Of a stretch of 64,000 bases of DNA, positions 14,608 to 33,511 are shown piece by piece. Below the pieces are notes generated by a model that made no database searches, was not told the DNA's origin, and saw nothing but the letters and a program-made list of their open reading frames with translations. How positions within the stretch are numbered: position 1 is the stretch's first letter; each line of letters begins with the position of its first letter. Source of the DNA: Neoechinorhynchus agilis (taxonomy: Eukaryota; Animalia; Acanthocephala); the NCBI GenBank assembly GCA_051530055.1, contig CM121342.1, positions 8,509,480 through 8,573,479 on the forward strand, given 5' to 3'. The translations under genes were made by a program, and so were the position numbers.

Positions 14608-15537
14608 ATGTCTCAAATGTGGTTTATTGAACAAGACAATAATGTCCCAGGAATGCGGAATTGCTTAGAGATTGAAAGAGTTCTTCATCACGCCCGATCC
14701 AAGTATCAAGACGTTCTAGTGTTCAAATCCGTCTCGAATGGAGTCGTGTTAGTTCTCGATGGATGTGTGCAGATCACTGAGTTTGATGAATGTGCTTACC
14801 AAGAAATGATGGCACTTGTTCCGTTAGTTCTCAGTAACTCTTTTAGGTCTTATAAGAATTATTGAACCTTAGCGTGCCATCCGTGTCCAAAAAGAGTTCT
14901 TATTGTTGGTGGCGGCGATGGAGCCGTACTAAGACATGTTGTTAAAGATCCGGCTGTTCAGCATGCAACTCTCTGTGAGATTGACGGAGATGTGATTGAG
15001 GTTTCTAAGAAGTATTTCCCTGAGCAAATGACTGAAGCGCTCAGTAAACCTTTGGTAGACGGTAAAACAGTCGATGTACGCATATGCGACGGTCTTGAAC
15101 ATGTTAGACAAATCGCTGAAATTGATGATCTAGAGAAAAAGTACGATGTTATTATAACCGATAGCTCTGATCCGGAAGGTCCTGCTTTAGCTCTTTTTGG
15201 TGATCAGTATTACAGAAATGTTAAAAAGGCCTTGCGTGGACCTTATGGAATATTCTGTAGCCAAGGTGAATGCATGTGGATCCATGGAAAAGTTATTCGC
15301 CAACTAATGAATACAACTAGAAAATACTTCGAAAACGTTGCGTATTACTTTACGTCCGTCCCTTCTTATCCGTCTGGATCTATCGGATTTGTTATTGGAA
15401 GTTTGGATGCTGGAAACGATTTGAGCGAGGCTAAACGAGATCTAGAATCTGTAGGCAGTCTTAAATTCTATTCAAAAGCGGTGCATCGAGCTTCGTTCGC
15501 TCTTCCAAAGTTCGTAAAGGAAACTTTGATGGACTAA
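14608..15537 (+). CDS. SRM: Spermidine synthase, 2 exons (preferred 14608-14826 and 14872-15537)
   Basis: SKYQDVLVF, LVLDGCVQITEFDECAYQEMM, HPCPKRVLIVGGGDG, LCEID, DVIITDSSDPEGPA, VPSYPSG. There is one short interruption containing an in-frame stop. Confidence 0.96.
14827..14871 (+). other. Structured non-canonical intron candidate (45 nt) in SRM
   Basis: Arms GTTCTCAGTAACTCTT (14827-14842) and AAGAATTATTGAAC (14854-14867) can pair, the element ends c-TTA|G, and TTAG is directly repeated at both ends. Removal gives V-P-L-A-C-H-P. A GT-AG alternative (14834-14872) exists but adds 2 aa. Confidence 0.6.
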
Positions 15538-16295
15538 GGATGTCTTAGGCGTTAATTGAATCAAAAAGTAAAGATGTTGATGCGGTCGCTAGGGGAGATG
15601 GAGGCGCGAGAAAATGTGAATATTTTCCTTTGCAAGGCATTTAAAGGGTTTCGGCGTTCTGAAAATTAGTTGTTTAAGTGTCACTTAGGATTTAGAAAAA
15701 ATAAAGACATGGCACTGTATTATTTTAATTTGTTGACGCAAATTCCGGAAAAAAGTGTTCGATTCTCATCGACATTGTCCTTAAAAATATTATTCCATCT
15801 TTGATGAAATATAGCGAATATTCGGCGAAAGTTTTGAGACAGGAATAAAAATGCCCACTGTTTGTTGATTACTCAAGTAAAGATGTTTTATGCAACGGAA
15901 TAGTAAAAATCCAAAGAGATCGCGATTCCATGGTTGACTAACGAATTATAAAAGTAAAATCATTTGATGTTTTCTAAACGTTTAAGAAAAATTGCTTGAA
16001 TATAAAATTCATTCTTTTGAGTGTACGCAGAACGAAAGCTTATGAAAAAACCAAGAGTTGAAAACACGACATTTTTATACTTCTATTCTTGTGCTTGATT
16101 ATCTATCACAAATAGAGTAGCTGTTTGAGCTTTTATAATCTTGGAACTGAGAGGATTTACCAAATTTGGGGACTTTAATTTAAATCTCAATTTGGTTACT
16201 TCATAGTTGTTTAAAGCAATGGGTATATTTATTTTGTCGGATATTGCATTAGATTTGAATACAATTGAGGTCATTATGGTTAATAATATTTTTGA

Positions 16296-25055
<8,760 letters not shown>

Positions 25056-26020
25056 GACTGGCTAAAATTAGGGAAAAAGGAAGACGTGTAGTTTAGAACG
25101 AAATTCGATTATGCAAGGAACTTGGTAGAGAATACAGTCTCGGTGTGGCGCTTTTTTATTAGTCATCTCTCCCTCAAAGCTGTTGCTTCGGGTTACGGAA
25201 GCCGGAAAAATCTATCAGTCTTATTGTGGAGCGCGTGTGTCGCCTTATGTGTGTATGCCATTGCGTTTATGGATCCGTCGTTGCAGAGAAAATCTGAGAT
25301 TAGACGGAAAACAGTCGTGAAACGATAGAGACAGGACGAAAACAATCATACCATAGATGTTCAGCAAGAGCCATTTTGGTGAAAACGAAGAAATTCGACT
25401 TTCTGATTTCATTCTTCTTTTAAGGAATTCATAAGGTGTTTGTTTATGGCATGGAACAATTAAAGGAATGTTTGTTAAATCCGATTGTTTTCCCAAGTCA
25501 CATAAACGAATAGTTCAATCTTCAAACAATTCATAAAGTGACAGAAAAGTTCCACTTATCGAGAATTGGAAATTCAAATTATTCCATCGTTAGAATTAGA
25601 GTTTTAGAGATCAAAGTTGTTTCATAACGTTTTTTTAAATAAATTGATATGTCCAATTTAAGTGAGATGAATGGGAAAACGCTCCAATTCTGAGATACAT
25701 TTGCTTCGAAGCACTTGTTCGATTTAAAAGAGACATTAAAAAACAATGAAAGGCGACAAAATAATACAAAATAGATTCGGAACAACAAACGCATTGCGAA
25801 TTTTGACTTGAGTTGAAATAAAATCAAAATCTTTAATTGACGACGTCGTTTGTGCAACAAGCATTCTTTTGCTCAAATTTCTTTAAGTCGGAAGATATGT
25901 TCTAACATCCATTTTGCATAAATAAACAAAATCTGATACGGACGTGGTCAAACAAACCGAGAATGAGAACGTTACCAACAAATGAAGCAAATTCGTATAA
26001 ACCAATTCTTTTTTATTTCT

Positions 26021-26130
26021 TAAATGTTACTGGCAAGCCGGATTTTTATTATTATTATTATTATTCAGGTTTGGCTTCATGCCGCGGCCTTAAGCCAAAA
26101 GCCATGGAAGGGATGCATTAAGCACGGTTA
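26021..26130. repeat. Dispersed repeat shared with 59925-60020, second half inverted between the copies
   Basis: CTTAAATGTTACTGGCAAGCCG...TTATT..ATTCAGGT is in the same orientation in both copies. The following ~48 nt (GGCTTCATGCCGCGGCCTTAAGCCAAAAGCC...GATGCATTA) matches the 59960-60020 copy as a reverse complement. Confidence 0.75.
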
Positions 26131-27287
26131 AAAACTTTGAAGTGCTGAATAATATGCGACTGTTTTAGAAAAAATATCTTAACAAGAAACCAATTAGCTA
26201 GTTTTAGTACTCAAAAGTTGAAAGTTCCAAGGTTTCAATGTTTTAGCAAAAATTTTCTCACTGGAGCAAAAAATATCTTAATCGTTTGCAGTAAAAAAAT
26301 GTAATTTAAGCATTAATAGAACATAAAAAATTTATGATTTGCGAGATTAATTTTTTGTAATATATGCATAGACTTTAATAACTTAAAGTCTTTTTACAAA
26401 GTATTTAAGGACAATCCTCGTTTTTATACTTACCAAAATGACGAATACGTGTAGAACTTGACAAATCACGACATATTCAAACGAATAAACAACCTCCGGG
26501 GAAAATGACTCAGTGAAGATAGAAATCACTGGGATTTGCAATATTGCAACGTGATAGTTAATTAATAGGTCGTTTTTAAAAGGATTGCATTAGTTAAAGA
26601 ATCTAAAGTTTAATTTTTGGGCAGGCGAATTGAAATTATTTGTTACTTGTGTACAGCAATCAATGGGGATTAAGTTTGCAAATATTAATAAAGGTCATTA
26701 TGGCCTTCATTAAGCTATAACATCAATTTTAGTCGTTTTAGACACATTTTTTAATATGATTTTTTTACCTGAACACACTGTGATTTAATACGATAGTATT
26801 TAAACGAGTTAATGTTATTAATTTGCATAATTTAAAAATGAAAGATAAGAAAATTTCAGTCGTTAATTTTATGATATTTCTAGCTAATTTTTCCTAAATA
26901 AAATATTCTTGACTCTTTAAATTTAATGCTTAAACAAAACTGCGATGCCGATTTACTGATCAAAATTAGTGAATCACTATAAAGTAAAAGAATAATGCTT
27001 ATATCTACATGGCAGTTTACTGGTGTATCCAAGTTGACTTCTAAATTGATTTATTATATTTTCTGGACTGCATCAAACGTACAAAATCGGAGAACGATAA
27101 AAAAACTTAAATGTTATTAAAAATTAACCAAAAAGGCTTCCTTCAAGATAATTCACAATTTATCTTCATGGAAAAGAAAACTAATAGAAATTATTGCTTC
27201 AGCTAATAAATTTAAAAAATCATTTCTAGATATAAAGTACAAAATGATTGGACGGTAAATGATTATTTATTAAAGACGTTGTAGAAT

Positions 27288-27756
27288 TGGTGGTAATATG
27301 TAATAGAAAGCACTTTAATTAAATGAACTTTACTTCAGAAATTATCAGCACAATGATGTTCGATTAGTGCAGACGTGTGTGTGATAGGAAATAATATTTC
27401 TTAACAGTAGAATATTTGAAATCAAAGAAAATTAATTTTCTGTGTAATAATTGATAAATCTTCGAATCGAAATGCACGTAAGATCTGCGAAGATTTAATA
27501 ACCAATCAAATTTCAGGAAAATTGGTGGAAATATGTAATAGAAAGCACTTTAATTAAATAAACTTTACTTCAGAAATTATCAGCACAATGATGTTTGATT
27601 AGTGCAGACGTGTGTGTTAGAAAATAATATTTCTTAACAGTAGAATATTTGAATTCGAAGAAAATTAATTTTGCTGTGTAATAATTGATAAATCTTCAAA
27701 TCGAAATGCTTGTTAGATCTGCGTAGATTTAGTAACCAATCAAATTTCAGGAAAAG
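27288..27756. repeat. Tandem duplication, two ~235-bp copies
   Basis: TGGTGG.AATATGTAATAGAAAGCACTTTAATTAAAT...GTGCAGACGTGTGTGT...AACCAATCAAATTTCAGGAAAA occurs twice head-to-tail. Confidence 0.9.
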
Positions 27757-28638
27757 CAAAGAATCCATAATGTTCTGCTTATTTTCATTTTAGAAATCGC
27801 TAAATTTTTATTCTGTAAACGTAGAATCTTTCATTTTTAGAATAACTGAAACTCAATATAAAGTTTATTTGCCAATAAAGATTTTCTGATTGATGCGTTT
27901 TTGAGTTCCATAATATTGATTTAGTTTCGAATAAAACCGCTATGTTATGCTCAAACAAATGCGTTTGTTGAATTTCCACTGATAAAAAATCATGCAAACT
28001 GTACATAAATACTTTTTACCAATAAAATTTATTTTCCAAGTCTGTACATCAAGTGTATCAAAAGACTGGCATGTAAAACGACAAGTGACATTGGTCACTT
28101 CATATCGAGCATCATATGAAGCCTTTCTTGCGCCGATAACGCAACAATTTTGACGACATTTTCTACGAATTTCCACGTAACCTTCTGTTCCCCCATACCC
28201 GTCTAAGACGCTTTATTGCACTCTCGAGACTAATGGCCGCCCTAACCCCCCCGACTAGTTTCTTGCGCTCTGATTGGCTGAGATTCCTTCGCGGTAACTG
28301 ACACTTCCCCGAGAGTTTGTAAGTAAACGCACATATAAGAAACATTTATCATAGCTCCACGAGTCCGCCCGCACACATTCTCTGTTCCTTCTTGCCATGG
28401 AAATAGCTTCATAAATGGATTCACAAATGCATAGGTGGTGCACACAAAAGCATTTTGTGTTTCATTGTCATCGCCTTTACATTGGTGTTCGAATTCTGAT
28501 AGATGGCCTATCAGCGATCTTGAAGAGGGCGTGAAACTTAACGGATCCATTTATTTCTCCACAAGCCTCATATTTAGCGTTAATAACACACACATACTCA
28601 TATTTTTATAGAAATAATATTATCTACGTGTGTACACC

Positions 28639-30018
28639 ATGTCCCAGGACATAAACGACTTCGATTTCAATTATTCCCACACCATTGATCCTCAACAAGC
28701 GCAACAGCTCCAACACTATTATTATTACCCGTTAACAGGACCAGTTCCAACGAACCATTTCACCGTTAATGCCGAACCGAATGCGCTGAGTCTTAATGGA
28801 CAATCCAATGTTTACCAACAAAGCCCAATAAATACGGCCGTTACCTCTACCGCGACAACAACAAAAATCGATAATGGCAACGGTTTCGAAGAATTTGGAG
28901 CACTTCCACCGCAAATACTTGCGCCGCAATACGCATTGAATCCATATACGGGCGGATATGAAATGACAAATCATTTCCATTTCAGTCACCCGCAAAACAA
29001 TTTCTCCAATTCTACCCACCATGCCAACTTTAATACAATTTCTTCGAATCAGTATTGTGGAAGTGGCGGACTTGTATACAGTTCATTGGATGACAATGTA
29101 AATCGACCAAGCGTAAATTTTGGCCGTCAAACCAATCATCAGCCCAATAATCCACCTCCACCAATGAACGATCATCTTCAATGTCCATGGATCCCAAGGC
29201 CAACGCTTCCTAATATGCAACGTAAGTAATTTTTTAATAATCTAACAGTAATCCTTTGAAACCCACGCGCCATTTGCGCCCATAAATAAAAATGTTTACA
29301 CATTAGCAGTGAAATAATAGGCGAATCTTGAAAGGAAACGTCTTGAAAGATGCTGACATAAATCAGTTCATTTGATGTGCTTCGTGTGTCTACCAATTTA
29401 AGATTATCCGGAGAGCATGACCTGAATCTTTAATGGAGCCATGTGTGTGCGTGGGTCGTTTAGAACCCCAAAATGACTGAAGTGAACTCTGAGTGACGAT
29501 GTCCTTTCCCAGGTGGACAATTTAGAATAATTATTATATCTAATCAAACGACATTATCGCTTTTCTTTTAGTCCATCAGACAAATGCTAATGGCACACGT
29601 GGAGAAGCGAAACGAACGCGGACATCCTACACACGATTTCAGACATTGGAACTGGAAAAAGAATTTCATTTTAATCGGTAAGCAATCAAAAAATTATCTA
29701 TTGTAGCAATTATAAGCTTAAAAATAACGATCTTTTAAGTTTTACATTAAAAGAAATCTACCGAATGCCATTAACACTCTGAAACTTGCTCAATTTATCT
29801 GCTTTTTTAATCAATTGCCACCATTTAGGTACTTATCAAGGCGGCGAAGGATTGAGATCTCGCAAATGTTGAGTTTGACTGAACGACAAATAAAAATATG
29901 GTTCCAAAATAGGCGCATGAAGTGGAAAAAGGAAAACAATATTTCAAGCCTAAATGATTTGACGAAAAATAAAGACAAAGCGGATTTAATCCGAGGACGC
30001 AATTACGATGCAATATGA
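28639..30018 (+). CDS. Scr: Central-class Hox gene, Scr/Hox5-like, 3 exons: 28639-29221, 29572-29677, 29829-30018
   Basis: Spliced homeodomain [24 protein letters not shown]|[36 protein letters not shown]. The T6-S7 arm is typical of Scr/Hox5. Both introns are GT-AG and phase-compatible. Paralog group is tentative. Confidence 0.88.
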
Positions 30019-30179
30019 TCGCTGTTCAAATAGTTTCTTGTGGATTTATTTTGGCACTTGTATATAGAATAGTTTAAAAAATGACAATATACTTAGGTCG
30101 CGTGGGCAGAGTTAAAAACAAATTGCGCTAACATTTTTATACATAAATCGAACAATTCATGAATTCCACTTTATTTTAA

Positions 30180-32110
30180 ATGAATAAATTTATTGTGAAA
30201 TAATTGTTGTGTGAATTGTAAAACACAACAATTAACGGAAATATTAGGCATCAACACCTTGCGAACAAAATTACTTTTTGAACATTTATGCTTTCTCTTG
30301 CAAAAATTTGTGGTCATTGATAGTTTGTAAACGTTAAATGTGCTTTTGAGTATCTCCAATTTTTTGCAATGTTTAATTCGACTATTTAATAATATTTGAA
30401 TTAATTTTGATCAATTTATTAAATTTTCCTCACCGTACAGAATAATACGCCCTTCTTTATTAATATTTCGCTCCGTCCAATTTGTGAATTGTAAAACAAA
30501 ACAATTACTGCAAATAATAGGCATTGACACCTTACTAACAAATGTACTTTTCGAGTATTTTTTATTCTCCTGCGAAAACTTACGGCAATTAATAGTTTGC
30601 AAACGCTTCTAAATGTGCTATTGAGCATTTTAAATTTGTTCTAATGTTTGATTGCACTTATAAATAATATTTGGAAAATTCCTCTTATTATCATTGATCA
30701 ATCTATTAAATTTTCCTCACAATACAGAATCATACTCCTTTTTTTATTAATAATTCGCTCCGGCCAATTTGTGAATTGTAAAACTCAACAATTAACGGAA
30801 ATAATAGGCATCAACACCTTACGAACGAATGTATTTTTCAAGCATTTTTTATTTCTCCTGTTAAAATTTATGGCAATTAATAGTTTGCAAACGCTTCTAA
30901 ATGTGCTATTGAGCATTTTAAATTTGTTCTAATGTTTGATTGCACTAATAAATAATATTTGTAAAATTCCTCTTATTATCATTGATAAAATTATTAATTT
31001 TTTCCTCACTATACAGAATCATACTCCTTTTTTTATAAATAATTCGTTCCGGCCAATTTGTGAATTGTAAAGCTCAACAATTGCAAGAAATAACAGGCAT
31101 CAACACCTTACGAACGAATGTATTTTTCAAGCATTTTTTATTTCTCCTGTTAAAATTTGTGGCAATTAATAGTTTGCAAACGCTTCTAAATGTGCTATTG
31201 AGCATTTTAAATTTGTTCTAATGTTTGATTGCACTTATAAATAATATTTGAAAAATTTCTCTTTTTATCATTGATCAATCTATTAAATTTTCCTCACTAT
31301 ACAGAATCATACTTCTTTTTTTTATTAATAATTCGCTCCGGCCAATTTGTGAATTGTAAAACTCAACAATTAACGGAAATAATAGGCATCAACACCTTAC
31401 GAACGAATGTATTTTTCAAGCATTTTTTATTTCTCCTGTTAAAATTTATGGCAATTAATAGTTTGCAAACGCTTCTAAATGTGCTATTGAGCATTTTAAA
31501 TTTGTTCTAATGTTTGATTGCACTTATAAATAATATTTGAAAAATTTCTCTTTTTATCATTGATCAATCTATTAAATTTTCCTCACTATACAGAATCATA
31601 CTCCTTTTTTTTATTAATAATTCGCTCCGGCCAATTTGTGAATTGTAAAACTCAGCAATTAACGGAAATAATAGGCATCAACACCTTACGAACGAATGTA
31701 TTTTTCAAGCATTTTTTATTTCTCCTGTTAAAATTTATGGCAATTAATAGTTTGCAAACGCTTCTAAATGTGCTATTGAGCATTTTAAATTTGTTCTAAT
31801 GTTTGATTGCACTAATAAATAATATTTGTAAAATTCCTCTTATTATCATTGATAAAATTATTAATTTTTTCCTCACTATACAGAATCATACTCCTTTTTT
31901 TATTAATAATTCGCTCCGGCCAATTTGTGAATTGTAAAACTCAACAATTGCAAGAAATAACAGGCATCAACACCTTACGAACGAATGTATTTTTCAAGCA
32001 TTTTTTATTTCTCCTGTAAAAATTTATGGTCATCGATGATTTGTAAGCGCTTCCACATGTGCGATTGAGCATCTTAAATTTTTTGCAATGTTTTATTCCA
32101 CTTACAAATC
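30180..32110. repeat. Tandem satellite, 289-bp monomer, ~6.5 copies, just 3-prime of the Hox gene
   Basis: TGATTGCACT at 30649, 30938, 31227, 31516 and 31805 (289-nt period). The edge copies are degenerate. Confidence 0.97.
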
Positions 32111-32878
32111 CCATTTGGAAAAATTATTTTTCACGAAATTCAATAATTTTTTATTTTTTTTAATTGTGCAAAATCATGTACCCTTCTGTTATTAGTTTTT
32201 GCAAGACCTATTTTGCTGGACGCTCATTTTTCGTTTAAAAATTGCGCCCTAATTAAGATTTAATGTGCCGTTTAAAATTCCATGTTTATTTAAATATTAA
32301 CATTTCAAACGAAGAGGCGAATAACGACTTTAGATTTGCAGGCGATAAACTCTTCATACCGTGAAATCCTATTGGTTCAGCTAAAAATTGAAACCAGTGT
32401 TCGTTTGTTTATAATTAAACTTTTAATATATTTTCAATAATGTATTGGACGATCTCAAAAGTTCTTTTAAAGTTTAAAATCAATTTTCAATTGTAGCATT
32501 TTTCTAAATCTTAAAAGCTCTTGAAGAAATTCACGAAAGGGAATTAAATTTTTAAAAACTTCGATTTTACAGTATAATTAACTTTAAATTTAAAGCTGAC
32601 AAAATAACACAATGAATACTTTTATACTTATTTTGCAATTGCCGTTTTTAAAAGAAATGCCGATTTAAATATCGCAGCAATAATTTATATCATTTTTAAA
32701 AGTTCAGAAAAGATTTACATTGTTTAAACTGCTCTGAGATTGTTATGATTGGCGTACTTCATTTCTTTTCCATCCAATAAAATTAGCAGATTTGCACCTT
32801 TTTTAAATTCGACTCAAAGAAACTGAGCAGTAGTGTTAATGATCTTGTTGTAAAGATGTTCATCATTTACTTTTTTAT

Positions 32879-33035
32879 AGCGAATTATAATAATTGATTT
32901 ATTTGATAATTTTCGGCCTTCGCGTAGCCTTCTTCAGTCTATTGATAAGTGAATTTACAAAAACTTACAAGCAGTAGACTGAAGAAGGCCTACGCGAAGG
33001 CCGAAAATTATCAAATAAATCAATTATTATTCGCT
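32879..33035. mobile_element. MITE-like hairpin: ~55-bp near-perfect inverted arms around a ~33-nt loop
   Basis: ATAATAATTGATTTATTTGATAATTTTCGGCCTTCGCGTAGCCTTCTTCAGTCTA (32887-32941) pairs with its reverse complement at 32975-33030 with a single 1-nt bulge. Confidence 0.7.
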
Positions 33036-33221
33036 CTAAAAAGTGTTAATGATCTAACGTTGTTAACAAATTATCAAACTTAAAAAACTCCATCACTCGT
33101 TTAACTTAAAAGCACTTCAATGGCGAACAAATGCCCCTATGCAAACATTTTTTCATTACTTCTTGGTGCGAACACACTTGATAAAAATTAACTTGCGACC
33201 TATACGAAACGCTAAGTGTAG

Positions 33222-33229
33222 TGACGTCA
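33222..33229. promoter_or_regulatory. CRE palindrome upstream of GPAT
   Basis: TGACGTCA ~290 nt upstream of the GPAT ORF, with a half-site CGACGTCA at 33245-33252. Confidence 0.35.
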
Positions 33230-33511
33230 CACCTTAGAATTTTCCGACGTCACACGAGAGGATTCTTCCCTGAATGTCCGAAAGGATTCTGGAAATGGAA
33301 TCCTTGTGTGCGTGTCCGATTGTTTTTCATTTTTTCGCACTGTGATCTTTTTTGGCTTAAATACTGATCGTCTCCTTTTGATTAAAATCTGCGCGGATTT
33401 ATTGATTAGAGCGTCGTATCGATAATAACGGTCTCACCTCTCTAGAATATCTATTTGTGTACGCGCTTTGTTGCTTGAAGGAAGTGCTCATATCTGAGTG
33501 TTACGTTCAAT

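Noticed and set aside
28163-28550. Short ORFs upstream of the Hox gene
   Set aside because: There are no motifs. This is more likely promoter or 5-prime UTR sequence.
30648-31799. Repeated 79-94 aa ORFs (MINLLNFPHY...)
   Set aside because: They are low-complexity ORFs inside the 289-bp satellite.
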